From the IMG/VR virus record IMGVR_UViG_3300028886_000028, positions 160,001-224,000 of that record: 64,000 bases of DNA. One strand, given 5' to 3'. The position numbers were made by a program, and so were the translations under genes. Below the pieces are notes generated by a model. That model searched no databases, was not told the origin of the DNA, and saw only the letters and a list, made by a program, of their open reading frames with translations. The stretch is from a virus. Its lineage: Duplodnaviria > Caudoviricetes. Below, in pieces: positions 38,978 through 50,500 of the stretch (its first letter is position 1; every line of letters begins with the position of its first letter).

Positions 38978-41900
38978 ATGGCTAATGGAATAGGTATTGC
39001 ATATTGTGGCGGCATAATGACTTGTAGCGGTTATTCAGAGCCAAAAGCCTCAAATCTACTATTAGATAACCCAAGGCTTTATGAAGAGCCAAATAGTGCC
39101 AGTACAATAATAAATAATACAGATGCAGATGCGTTTGTATATACTTACTGTGACAGAGACAAACCTAACTCTGGTTCATGCGTGAATGATAGCCCAACAT
39201 CAAAATTGTATGTCATAAAATCATGTTGTTCCCCCAAAATGCCTTGCACATATTATGACGATGTGGATGGAATTGAATGCCCAAAAATAATTAATGATAA
39301 TACAAATATTTGGGCAAAAGAAGTAGAAGCAAGATATGATATACCTTTTGCTCATGGAGATTATGAACTATATGAATATAGCGCTGAAAAACTAAAAAAT
39401 ATGTTGGGTGTAAACACAACAAAAGTAACTTATTTTTCAGGTGATACTAGTTATGATTTAGAACAGTTTAAAGAAAACTTATGTGATAAACGTTATAATG
39501 CTATTAAAAATTACCTAGTTAGTTTGGGGGCAATGGAATATAGGATAAGACGTGATGGAGGAATATTAGAAAACAACTCGCAAGCTTATAATTATTCTAC
39601 TCATGTTATTGCTAATGTTAGTTTTTTACCATTTACTGATAATTTCTCTGGTGGTTCTGAAGCTAATTTAGATACTATTGTGAGACAGCAGTATAATGAT
39701 TTTATTCATGTTACTCCAAACATTACACAATCTGAAGATAACGAAAACACATTTTCAGAATACATCAAAACAAAACGTTTGGCTGAAATAAACAATATTT
39801 TTGGTGATATTAGCAATATTGGATTTTCTGCTAACACTAGAGGTAGTCATGCGTATCCTAAAATTTCTTTTTATGCGAAGAAATCAATATTTTCAGAATA
39901 TGATGATATGACAGGCAATAACACTACCAGGATTACAAATTATGATGCTAATGAACCTTATCATTATTTTACAAATGGTGTTGTAAGTGCTGAATTTTCA
40001 TTTATAAATGACGAAAATTCAAAATGGTATAGCAGTGGAAGAAGTGAATCATATGCTGACGTACCAAGTGCAACAACAGTTGGTATGTTTAAAGATTGCC
40101 CAACATTGGTAACTTGTGATATTCCAGGACAAATGAGATACATTAGTCCACAAACATTTATGGAATGTGGCAAGTTGTCAAGTTATACAACAAATCCTGA
40201 TACTATTGATGTAATTGATGCTGAAGCGTTTAGTGCTAGTGGCATTAAAACTGGAATTATAGGTAGATACACTGTATTGAAGAATCGAGCGTTTAGTGGA
40301 GCAACACAAATGGACACTATCTATTGGCATAATTATATCCCACTTAACAACAGCTTTAGTGGTAATGTATTTGGATATAGTGGAGAACCTAGATGTAGAT
40401 TGGATAGCGGATATACATACTTCTGGGATGATGAAGATATAGACTGGGGAAGAACTGGATATACAATACCAAAAGAAGCATTCAAAGATTGTCATGCATT
40501 AAAACATAGTAAATTCGCTAAAGGAAGTGCTCATACAGAGACAATTACATTGACAGATACGTTATATATACCAAGCGGATTTACAACTATTGGTAAAAGT
40601 GCATTTGAAAACTGTAGTGGGTTAACTGACATATATCTTAATGGAGTTAAATTTGTTAAAGAAAAGGCATTTAATAATTGTAAAAACATGAATGTACACG
40701 ATACTGAGAATGTAATTTATGTTGGAACTGATGCATTTAATAGAGGTAATAATGATTCACGTGAAGTCACAGTTTATGGTGGTGAAAATGCTTGGAAAGA
40801 ACTCGTACAAATTGACAAAAATGCATTTTATGATAAAAACATAAAAAACGGTAATCCATATCCTTCTTCTGATGCTGAAAAAATATTATCTTTGCCAAAA
40901 GTTGTAAGTATTGGGGAAAACGCATTTAGTGGGGCAACAATAGATGGATATTTAAAAATAACCAATAATGTTAGTGCTAAAACAATTTATAACGCTGCTT
41001 TTAACAGTTGTACAATATCTGATAGCACAAGTGATGGTTGGGGATTGATTATAAGTGGAGATACAACAAGATTAAATAGATATTATGTTTTCAGCGGACT
41101 TCATACAGATAAAGGCGGTGTATATTTACGTAATGTTGATATGTCAGATAACTCCAATCCTTTTGCTAATTCTGTAATAAATGGTAATGTTGATATTAGT
41201 GCTTGTACGTTAAGCTTATATGCTTTTAATCGTGCGCATATGAGTGGTTTAACACTTTATCATGAAGGAAAAGAAGTCAACGATTTTGCGTTTGCGGGAG
41301 CAGAAATGAGTGGTAATTGCAATGTTACTGCAAAAACATTTCAAACTCAATCATTTTGGAAAGCTAATATAAGTGGAGATTGTTCAATCTCAGCAAATAC
41401 AATTGGAAAGCAGGCATTCTTTTCGGCATCAGCTAGCACTTTAAATTTATATCCGATAAGTGAAAGTAATTGTATTTCTATAAGTGAATATGCCTTTCAA
41501 AATTTTGTATTAACTTCTAGTAATAGTATTAATTTGAATAAAGTTGGGACGTTTGGAAATTATGCATTTTTAGAGTCTCAAATAAGTTCAGTTATTCTAC
41601 CTTTAGGGGTAGATATAAGTGATAGTTGTTTTGAACGTTCGTCATTATCAAGTGTATCGTTTAATAATTATACAAATTGTTCATCAAACGATGGAAAGTT
41701 TGAAATTAAAGATTATGCGTTTGAACACTGTAGTAATCTTACGTCTATAAATATTCCAAGCGGTGTAACAAAAATTGGTAGTTATAGCTTCGGTGAATGT
41801 ACTAGCCTCTCAAATGTAACTTTTAATAATAATTCACAACTAACAAGTATTAGTGATGGTGCTTTTGATAGCAATACTAGTTTATTAAGTATTACACTTC

Positions 41901-42346
41901 CAAATAGCGTTACAAGTATTGGCATTAACACTTTTAATGGTTGCACTAGCCTTACAAGTATAGATATACCTAGTAGCGTATCAAGTATTGGTATTGGCGC
42001 TTTTAATGGCTGCGCTAGCCTTACAAGTATTACTTTGGGTAATAATGTTACAAGTATAAATTATATTACATTCCAAAATTGTACTAGCCTTACAAGTATT
42101 ACTTTGGGTAATAATGTTTCAAGTATTCAAGTTGACGCTTTTAATGGTTGTACTAGTCTTGTAGAGATAAAGTGTTATTCACAAACAGCCCCAGAACTTG
42201 TTAACGAATCTAGTCAAAATATAAACATAGCAACTGGTGGTACAGTGCATGTCCCAAGTGGATGCGCGGCTCAATATAGATATAGGTGGTCTTATTTAAT
42301 AGATAGCACAGATTATGGTTGGAATGTGGAAGAAGATTTACAATAA
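38978..42346 (+). CDS. Large BspA-type LRR protein (putative receptor-binding/tail protein)
   Basis: Degenerate and canonical I...AF..C..L repeats; Cys-rich N-terminus. Confidence 0.8.
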   Translation: MANGIGIAYCGGIMTCSGYSEPKASNLLLDNPRLYEEPNSASTIINNTDADAFVYTYCDRDKPNSGSCVNDSPTSKLYVIKSCCSPKMPCTYYDDVDGIECPKIINDNTNIWAKEVEARYDIPFAHGDYELYEYSAEKLKNMLGVNTTKVTYFSGDTSYDLEQFKENLCDKRYNAIKNYLVSLGAMEYRIRRDGGILENNSQAYNYSTHVIANVSFLPFTDNFSGGSEANLDTIVRQQYNDFIHVTPNITQSEDNENTFSEYIKTKRLAEINNIFGDISNIGFSANTRGSHAYPKISFYAKKSIFSEYDDMTGNNTTRITNYDANEPYHYFTNGVVSAEFSFINDENSKWYSSGRSESYADVPSATTVGMFKDCPTLVTCDIPGQMRYISPQTFMECGKLSSYTTNPDTIDVIDAEAFSASGIKTGIIGRYTVLKNRAFSGATQMDTIYWHNYIPLNNSFSGNVFGYSGEPRCRLDSGYTYFWDDEDIDWGRTGYTIPKEAFKDCHALKHSKFAKGSAHTETITLTDTLYIPSGFTTIGKSAFENCSGLTDIYLNGVKFVKEKAFNNCKNMNVHDTENVIYVGTDAFNRGNNDSREVTVYGGENAWKELVQIDKNAFYDKNIKNGNPYPSSDAEKILSLPKVVSIGENAFSGATIDGYLKITNNVSAKTIYNAAFNSCTISDSTSDGWGLIISGDTTRLNRYYVFSGLHTDKGGVYLRNVDMSDNSNPFANSVINGNVDISACTLSLYAFNRAHMSGLTLYHEGKEVNDFAFAGAEMSGNCNVTAKTFQTQSFWKANISGDCSISANTIGKQAFFSASASTLNLYPISESNCISISEYAFQNFVLTSSNSINLNKVGTFGNYAFLESQISSVILPLGVDISDSCFERSSLSSVSFNNYTNCSSNDGKFEIKDYAFEHCSNLTSINIPSGVTKIGSYSFGECTSLSNVTFNNNSQLTSISDGAFDSNTSLLSITLPNSVTSIGINTFNGCTSLTSIDIPSSVSSIGIGAFNGCASLTSITLGNNVTSINYITFQNCTSLTSITLGNNVSSIQVDAFNGCTSLVEIKCYSQTAPELVNESSQNINIATGGTVHVPSGCAAQYRYRWSYLIDSTDYGWNVEEDLQ

Positions 42347-42372
42347 TTTTTTAGTAAAATAATATTAGCAAT

Positions 42373-44391
42373 ATGGCTTGGAAAATAGATGATACAAAAT
42401 CTAGTGGTGTTATATCTAATGTACACCCTAATAGCGGTATAATAACATATAAAAAATATGGGTTTAAAACAGAAGCAAGCTGTTGTAATCCAGATACTAG
42501 TGGCCATACGGTTGTAAGTTTAGAGCGCGGTGAAGGATTTGATGACTTTACTAATGTTAGAGAAACCATCACATATTCATATGATATTGGGCCATGTAAC
42601 AAAGATGGATTTGTTACATGGTTTAATAATTCAGGCAATACATTTGAAGTTTTAAACAATAACAATGGCTTTGATGAAAAGGATGTTGATGAGGGTAAAC
42701 TTGTTATTAAAGGTGCGCCTATAATGGCAGGTTCTGGTCAAAATCAATATTTTGATGATGAGAGGTATGAAGATTCTGGCTTCCCAAATATTATTGAGTA
42801 TCCTTATGCGTTAAGTGCTACAAGTGCTACTTGTAACCCCCCAAATTCAGGTTGTAGTAAATATTATAGTACTAGAAAATGGAGAAATGTTTCTAGTGAT
42901 GCTTTCCATAAGATAAAATATCACACAAGTGAATCAACCAGTGGCACGATAAGAACTAATACAATTACAAATAATCAGGATTTGTTGGAATTATATTTTC
43001 CGCATTTATATGATAATAAAATTAGTTCTATTAATAACAACCACATTGTTTATTCAGAATTTGAAGGTTCTAATATTCATGTAATTGAAGATGCCGCATT
43101 TGAGAATAATACTAATTTAACCGCAATTACATTTAGTGCGGTTAGAGAAATTGGTAATAGTGCATTCACCAATTGCCACAGTCTTGTTGACATAGATTGG
43201 GGACACTGCGCATGTAATAATGAGTTTGAATATCCTCTTAATTGTAGTGATGACCATAATTATGATAATAATGGCGAAGCTGTAGATATAACATCAAAAC
43301 GCACATGGAGGGAAAGGAAAATAGGAGATTATGCTTTCTATAATTGTTATAGTCTTCCGGAATTACATTTAGATAGGCTTAAATGCTTAACAGAATTGGG
43401 AGCATATTCATTTTATGATTGTCATTCTTTAAAGGTTTTAACATTTCCGACTAATAGTGGTTTTAAAACCATTAATCCTTATACTTTCTGGAATTGTTAT
43501 TCTCTTTCAGGAGCAGTGAGTTTCCCTGACAATATTGAAAAGATTGACAGTTATGCTTTTGAAAATGGATATAGCCTTAGTGGTATAAATGTAGAACATA
43601 TATCAAGGTTTGGAGAAGGAGCATTTAAGAATTGTAGTGGGGCTTCGTGGGTTAAATTATCTAATAGTTGGTCTGCTATTTCTGAAAGTTGTTTTGAAAA
43701 TTGTACTTCATTGTCAGGAGTTACATTGAGCGGTTTTTATACTGCTTCTACTAGTTACAGTGGAAATACTGTTGGAAGAAGGGCATTCGCCAATTGTACT
43801 AATCTTGCGAAAGTAAACCTTGGAGTTCGCACTAAAAACATAGAAGAAGAGGCGTTTATTAATTGCACTAATTTAAAAGTCTTTGCTGTAAGTGGCTCTA
43901 GTACTGTAATAGGAGAAAGTGCGTTTGAAAACTGTACAAGCCTTAGTTCTGTAACAAATGCTGGATATATTAAAATAGTTTCAGGAAAATCTTTTTATAA
44001 TACAGATATACATACGTTAAGTATGTCTGATGTTGAAGATATAGGAAATGAAGCATTTGAGAAGTCATCATCTTTATCAAGTGTAACTATTGGTAATAAA
44101 ATAAAAGCAATAGGTGACGAAGCATTTAAAGATTCTAGAAATTTAAAAACAGTTAAAATTGGAACAGGAATAACTTCAATTGGAACTGAAGCGTTTATGG
44201 ATTGCCCTGTTTTAAGCAGCGTTACTATTAGTAGAAATATTTCTACCACCACACCTGTTCCTTCTTTGGGTGCTGATGCTTTTAAAAATAGTACCAATAA
44301 TTTAACAATATGGGTTCCAAGAACTTATGTAAATAATTATAAAAGTAGTTGGCCTGAGTACGAAAATAACATTAGTGGAACAACAACTTAA
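42373..44391 (+). CDS. BspA-type LRR protein (putative tail protein)
   Basis: IG..AF.NC..L repeats and an I.VP....Y...W cap. Confidence 0.8.
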   Translation: MAWKIDDTKSSGVISNVHPNSGIITYKKYGFKTEASCCNPDTSGHTVVSLERGEGFDDFTNVRETITYSYDIGPCNKDGFVTWFNNSGNTFEVLNNNNGFDEKDVDEGKLVIKGAPIMAGSGQNQYFDDERYEDSGFPNIIEYPYALSATSATCNPPNSGCSKYYSTRKWRNVSSDAFHKIKYHTSESTSGTIRTNTITNNQDLLELYFPHLYDNKISSINNNHIVYSEFEGSNIHVIEDAAFENNTNLTAITFSAVREIGNSAFTNCHSLVDIDWGHCACNNEFEYPLNCSDDHNYDNNGEAVDITSKRTWRERKIGDYAFYNCYSLPELHLDRLKCLTELGAYSFYDCHSLKVLTFPTNSGFKTINPYTFWNCYSLSGAVSFPDNIEKIDSYAFENGYSLSGINVEHISRFGEGAFKNCSGASWVKLSNSWSAISESCFENCTSLSGVTLSGFYTASTSYSGNTVGRRAFANCTNLAKVNLGVRTKNIEEEAFINCTNLKVFAVSGSSTVIGESAFENCTSLSSVTNAGYIKIVSGKSFYNTDIHTLSMSDVEDIGNEAFEKSSSLSSVTIGNKIKAIGDEAFKDSRNLKTVKIGTGITSIGTEAFMDCPVLSSVTISRNISTTTPVPSLGADAFKNSTNNLTIWVPRTYVNNYKSSWPEYENNISGTTT

Positions 44392-44416
44392 TATAAATCT
44401 TCTAATTTTTTAAAAA

Positions 44417-44677
44417 ATGGGAACTTGGTCAATACAGCCTAGCCATAGCGTGATAAATAAAAATAATGGCACTTTTATTTTTCCAAAAAATGTTAGCGAA
44501 GATAATGTAAATTATCGTATACAATATGAAAATAACGGAATAACATCAAATTATATAGCATATACTTTAAAAAAATGTGATTGCCCCGATTATACAATAA
44601 AATCTGTTATTGATGGACAAGTGATTTCTAAAATTCCTTATGAAGGAACAACAGTTAAGTTTGTGGCTGAAAAATAA
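44417..44677 (+). CDS. Small putative virion protein
   Basis: C-terminus resembles that of 1927..2745 (C..YTI...EG.TV.F.A). Confidence 0.55.
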   Translation: MGTWSIQPSHSVINKNNGTFIFPKNVSEDNVNYRIQYENNGITSNYIAYTLKKCDCPDYTIKSVIDGQVISKIPYEGTTVKFVAEK

Positions 44678-44783
44678 AAGCGTTTTTTTTACGTAAAATC
44701 ATAATTATGATAGGTTTCTAAATATTTATAAGTAATTGAAGCATTAAAAATTCATAATAATATAAATAATATAGATATAAGAT

Positions 44784-46154
44784 ATGGCTTTTAAAAGAAA
44801 AACTAGATTGTATGAGCCTTGGGGTTATAGGGAAGAAAATGACTATCAAAGTACCGAGTCTATACATAGGGATGATTTAGAAAAGTTTTTTGTCGATACA
44901 TCTTATAGTAGGGATGATAATAAAATTTACTTTACCAACCTAGACGAAAAAATAGTAGCATCTATTGATGTTTCTGAATTTATCAAATCAGATTCTATTA
45001 TAGAAAAGACAGAGTACAATGATGGCATTTTAACTATAACTTTTACAAATGGTGATGTTATTACAATAGACCTTACTGAACTTCTTGATGAAAATGAGTT
45101 TAAAGATGGGCTTGTTGTAGATGGCCACGTTGTTAAAGTACTTATTGACCCTGAGTCAGAGCCTTACATTAGCGTAAGTGAAAATGGAGTTAAAGTTTCT
45201 GGCATAGATGCAGCAATAAAAGTTGAAACTGACCGTGCTGAAGCTGAAGAACAAAGGATTGAAGAAAAACTTGACGAAGAAATTGCTAGAGCTAAAGCAG
45301 AAGAAGAAAGGATTGACGACAAACTTGATGAAGAAATTGCTAGAGCTAAAGCAGAAGAAGAAAGAATTGACGACAAACTTGATGAAGAAATTGTTCGTGC
45401 AACAAGGACGGAACAGGGCTTAAATCATAGAATTGACCTTGTAAATGATGAACTTGATAGTGAAGAATCACGCGCATTAGCAACAGAACAAGAACTTAGA
45501 AACCTTATCAATGGTGAATCTTCAGAAAGGGAAGCAGCTGATGCGGAATTGCAAAGAGCAATCAATAATTTAGTAAGCACTAAATTCGATGACGCAAATT
45601 ATGATGACTCTGCTAAAGCCATAAATTTTTATGCTGATGGTAATGTAGTAGCTTCAATTGATGCAACTCCGTTCTTAACAGGCGGAATGATTGAGGAGGC
45701 TTATTTTGACCCTGATACAAGAGAACTTGTTATAGTATGGAATACTTCATCAGGACAACAGGAAACAAGAATCCCTTTGTCAGACATTTTTAATCCTGAT
45801 GATTATTATACAAAAAATGAAGTTGATGAACTTTTAGAAAATGCCAATTCTGCTATTACAGAAGTTGAATCAACATTAGAAGAAAAAATAGCGCGATTAA
45901 GAGAATCACTTAATAGCGAAATAACAAGAGCAGAAAACGCAGAAACTACTCTTGAAGAAAAAATTGCGTTGCTAAGAGAATCACTAAATGGAGAAATAGA
46001 AAGAGCAACAGCAAAAGAAGAAGAATTAGAAGGAGCTGATGTTGCTAGTGGATTTGTTGATGAAAACGCTACAATTTCAGTAACCAAAAATAATGGAAGT
46101 GTAATTACATTTTCTTCAGCAGAGCAAATTAGTCTTGAAGCTGGAGAGTTCTAA
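44784..46154 (+). CDS. Acidic coiled-coil tail-fibre-like protein
   Basis: E.ARAKAEEERIDDKLDE repeats, IDAT.F...GMI knob modules, C-terminal ISLEAGEF. Confidence 0.7.
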   Translation: MAFKRKTRLYEPWGYREENDYQSTESIHRDDLEKFFVDTSYSRDDNKIYFTNLDEKIVASIDVSEFIKSDSIIEKTEYNDGILTITFTNGDVITIDLTELLDENEFKDGLVVDGHVVKVLIDPESEPYISVSENGVKVSGIDAAIKVETDRAEAEEQRIEEKLDEEIARAKAEEERIDDKLDEEIARAKAEEERIDDKLDEEIVRATRTEQGLNHRIDLVNDELDSEESRALATEQELRNLINGESSEREAADAELQRAINNLVSTKFDDANYDDSAKAINFYADGNVVASIDATPFLTGGMIEEAYFDPDTRELVIVWNTSSGQQETRIPLSDIFNPDDYYTKNEVDELLENANSAITEVESTLEEKIARLRESLNSEITRAENAETTLEEKIALLRESLNGEIERATAKEEELEGADVASGFVDENATISVTKNNGSVITFSSAEQISLEAGEF

Positions 46155-46186
46155 AGAAAATAAATTATTAATATTTAAAAACTAAT

Positions 46187-47479
46187 ATGGCAAATTTTAG
46201 GTATTCACATTTATTTACCACTAAGATTGGTAATGAAGCGATTCAAGCAGCTGCTGCAAAGTTAAACGCTGCTGAAATAGCACTTGCTATTGCTGATGGA
46301 GAAGAGAAGATTCTTTTCAAGAATGAGAGTGGTGATGTAGTTTCTGTTGCTACTGAGGAACAAATTTCAACATTACTTTCAAGTGTAACTCAATCAATTA
46401 CTAATGAGGTAGCAAGAGCAATATCTGCTGAGACCGAACTTGGAAACTTGATTGAAGCTGTTGATGACAAGGTAGACCAGGAGATTGCTGATAGAGCTGC
46501 TGATGTTGATGCAGAAGAGGCTCGTGCAATATCTGCTGAAACAGAATTGCAAACTGCAATTGAGGATGAAGTAACTCGTGCGACAGGTGCAGAGGAAGCA
46601 CTTAGCGACAGAATAAGCGCAATTGAGAGTGGTTCTACTCAAGCACTTGAAGATGAAATTGCTAGAGCAGAAGCTGCTGAAGAAGCACTTGATGCAAAGA
46701 TTGATGCTGAAAAGCAAAGAGCATTGAGCGCAGAGACAGACATTCTTGATGTGATTGAAGATGAGATTACAAATCGTAAAGCAAATGCTGTAGCTAGCGT
46801 TGATTATGATGAGAGTGGAAAGACTATCGACTTCTACAATGCTAACAATGTAAAGATTGACTCTATTGACGCAACTGCATTCATCAAGGATGGTATGATT
46901 GACAGTGTTACACTTGAGACAACTGGTGACACAACTTATCTTGTAATCGTTTGGAATACAGACGCCGGTAAGGAAACCACTAATATTGACCTTGGTGACT
47001 TGTTCGATGCTGACAATTACTACACAAAGGCTGAAACTGATGACCTTCTTGCAAATAAAACCGATTATGTAGTTAATGGCACTAACGGTAGAGCACTTAT
47101 GTTCAATGAAACTGATGGCGGTGGCGCTAAATTTGAACATAACGATGGTACTTGGTCTTTCGCCGGCGTAAATGATGGCGGTAAGAATGGCCTTGCTGGA
47201 CAGATTTATGCAATTGACCATAATAATGGTAATAAAGGCGTTAAACTTGATGTTACTGTAGGCGGCTTATACTACACTAAAGGTGATGAGAGCGGAAAAG
47301 CAGTTGCAGAAAGAGACGTTGAAGCTAATGAAGTTGCAACTAAAGGTAATGTTGCAGGCACAAAAGTTGCAGCAGTAAATGTTGGCTCAGATGCAGGTAT
47401 CACACTTACACTTGGAGACGGTACTGAAATCGTTGCAACTGAAGCAGAAGAAATTACACTTTCAGCTGGAGAATTTTAA
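46187..47479 (+). CDS. Coiled-coil tail-fibre-like protein
   Basis: E..RA..AE repeats, IDATAFIKDGMIDSV module, C-terminal ITLSAGEF. Confidence 0.7.
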   Translation: MANFRYSHLFTTKIGNEAIQAAAAKLNAAEIALAIADGEEKILFKNESGDVVSVATEEQISTLLSSVTQSITNEVARAISAETELGNLIEAVDDKVDQEIADRAADVDAEEARAISAETELQTAIEDEVTRATGAEEALSDRISAIESGSTQALEDEIARAEAAEEALDAKIDAEKQRALSAETDILDVIEDEITNRKANAVASVDYDESGKTIDFYNANNVKIDSIDATAFIKDGMIDSVTLETTGDTTYLVIVWNTDAGKETTNIDLGDLFDADNYYTKAETDDLLANKTDYVVNGTNGRALMFNETDGGGAKFEHNDGTWSFAGVNDGGKNGLAGQIYAIDHNNGNKGVKLDVTVGGLYYTKGDESGKAVAERDVEANEVATKGNVAGTKVAAVNVGSDAGITLTLGDGTEIVATEAEEITLSAGEF

Positions 47480-47574
47480 TTTAATATAAAAAAATAAAAT
47501 TTCATAAAGGTGGTGGATGAAAAATTACCACCACCTTTTTTTTAAAAATAATAATAGAATTTATATTCAAAATT

Positions 47575-50500
47575 ATGGCAAAATTTAGGTATCAACACAT
47601 TAAAAGTAGTGTAGAAGGCAAAGCACCAAGTTCAGAGAAAATAAAGGTTGGTGAAATAGCAGTAAATGACTTTGCCGGTGATGAGAAACTTTTTATTAAA
47701 AATAGCGAAGGGACTGTAGTAGATTTTCCACGCGGGTATTCAAGGGATGATATTGATGGAATTGAGAGAATTTTATCAGAATCATTAAATGACTTAAATA
47801 GCAGAAAACTAGATGCTAGCGCATATACTCCAACAGACCTTTCAAATTATTACACAAAGGATGAAACAAGTGGAGCAAGTGAGATTAACAGCGCCTTAAA
47901 CGAAATTGATGGCTCGTTTGACGAAATCAGTGATTTAATTGAAGCTCTTGACGAAAAGAAATTAGATGCTAGTGCTTATACGGAAACAGATTTAACTGAT
48001 TATTACAAAAAAGAAGAAACCAGTGGCGCAAGCGAAATACAAAGTGCATTAGATGGAATTGATGACTTAATTGAAGCACTTGACGAAAAGAAACTTGATG
48101 CTAGCGCATATACTCCGGTTGATTTATCTCTTTATTATACAAAAGATGAGATTGATGATTCAGGTACAGTAATCGCAGAGTCGTTAAATGACCTTAATAG
48201 TAGGAAACTTGACGCTAGCGCATATACTCCAACAGATTTAAGTAATTATTATACAAAGTCAGAGACTAGTGGAGCAAGTGAAATATCTACGGCTTTGTCA
48301 GACTATTACACAAAATCGGAAGTATATGCCAAATCTGAAGTTGATGATATTGTAGAAAGTATTGATGTAACAGACCAATTAAGCGGCTTCGCTGATTCTG
48401 TTATATATAACAGTACGACTAAATACGTAGAATTTTATCACGGAACAACAGCTGGTACAAAGGTATTTGAATTTGATGCAACTGATTTTATTAAAGACGG
48501 AATGATTGATTCCGTTAGTGTTGAAACAAGTGGTGATACATCTGTTCTTGTTATAACATGGAATACTGATGCAGGTAAGGAAGAAACCATTCTTAATATT
48601 GGTGACATTTTTGAAGCAGATAATTATTATACTAAGTCAGAAACAAGTGGTACAACTGAAATTCAAAATGCATTAGATGAAAAGGCTGATAAGGATGATT
48701 TAACACCAATTTATGAGGCTATTGAAGATTTAAGTGGGCAGAATGAAACCATTGCGGCTGCATTGGTAGATTTGGATAGCCAAAGCGAAACTGTTGCAGC
48801 AGCACTTGTTGATTTGGACAGCCAGCACGAAACAATAGCAGCAGCGCTTGTTGATTTAAATGATAGGAAACTTGACGCTACAGCTTATACTCCAGTTAAT
48901 TTATCTAACTACTATACAAAGTCAGAAACAAGTGGAGCAAGTGAAATTTCTACAGCTTTGTCAGGATATTACACAAAATCAGAAGTGTATACCAAATCTG
49001 AAGTTGATAATATTGTAGATAGTATTGACGTGTCTGGCCAATTAAGTGGTTATCTTACCACAAGCGCATTTACATCTTATAGCGCAAACGTAGATAACGA
49101 ATTAGATAGCATATTAGACGATATTAATGACACTATAGAAGCACTCGACGAAAAGAAATTAGATGCTAGCGCATATACTCCAACAGACCTTTCAAATTAT
49201 TACACTAAAGACGAAATTGATGATTCAGGTACAGTAATTGCAGAGTCGTTAAATGACCTTAATAGTAGGAAACTTGATGCAAGTGCGTATACTCCAACTG
49301 ATTTAAGTAATTACTACACAAAATCAGAAACAAGTGGAGCAAGTGAAATAGCTACAGCATTATCAGGTTATTACACAAAGTCAGAAACAAGTGGTGCAAC
49401 TGAAATTGCTAATGCATTATCAGGTTATTACACAAAGTCAGAAACAAGTGGAGCAAGTGAAATAGCTACAGCATTATCAGGTTATTACACAAAGTCAGAA
49501 ACAAGCGGCGCTACTGAAATTCAAAATGCACTAGATGAAATTAGTAATTCATTAAGTGGTGTTGATGATTCAATTGAAGAACTTGATGAGAAAAAACTTG
49601 ATGCAAGTGCGTACACCCCAATTGATTTAAGTAAGTATTATGAAAAAGAGTATATTGATGAAATTGAAGAAATTACTTCAGAATCATTAAATGATTTGAA
49701 TAGTAGGAAACTTGACGCTAGCGCATACACCCCAATAGATTTATCTGACTATTACACAAAATCTGAAGTGGATAATATAGCAGAAAGTATTGATGTATCT
49801 GACCAACTAAGCGGTTATGCTGATTCTGTCATATACAATAGTACAAGTAAATATGTCGAATTCTATCATGGAACAACAGCAGGAACAAAAGTATTTGAAT
49901 TCGATGCTGAACCATTTATCATTGATGGAATGGTAGAAGATGTTGCAATTGAAGATGTAGTGAGTGGAGCAAGCACTGTTAAATGCCTTGTAGTAAGTTT
50001 CAACACGGAAGCAGGAAAACAAGATATAACCATTCCTGTTGCTGATATATTTGATTCAAGTTCATATTACACAAAGGGAGAGATTGATGATGTTGAAAGA
50101 GTTATTTCAGAATCATTAAATGACCTAAATCTTAGAAAACTCGATGTTAGTGCATATACTCCAACTGATTTGTCTAATTATTATAACAAGACAGAAATTG
50201 ATGGAATTATAGAAAATATTGATGTATCTGACCAGTTAAGCGGTTATGTTATGACAAGCACATTCACTTCTTATAGCGCAAGCGTAGATAGTGAATTAGA
50301 TGCAATTGGTGATTTAATTGAGGCTCTTGATGAAAATAAGTTGGATGCTAGCGCATATACTCCAACTGATTTAAGTAATTACTACACAAAATCAGAAACA
50401 AGTGGTGCTACTGAAATTGAAAATGCATTAAACGATATTGTTAGTAGTTTAACAATTACTGTTGATACTGCAATAGATGAAAATTCTAGTAACCCAATTG

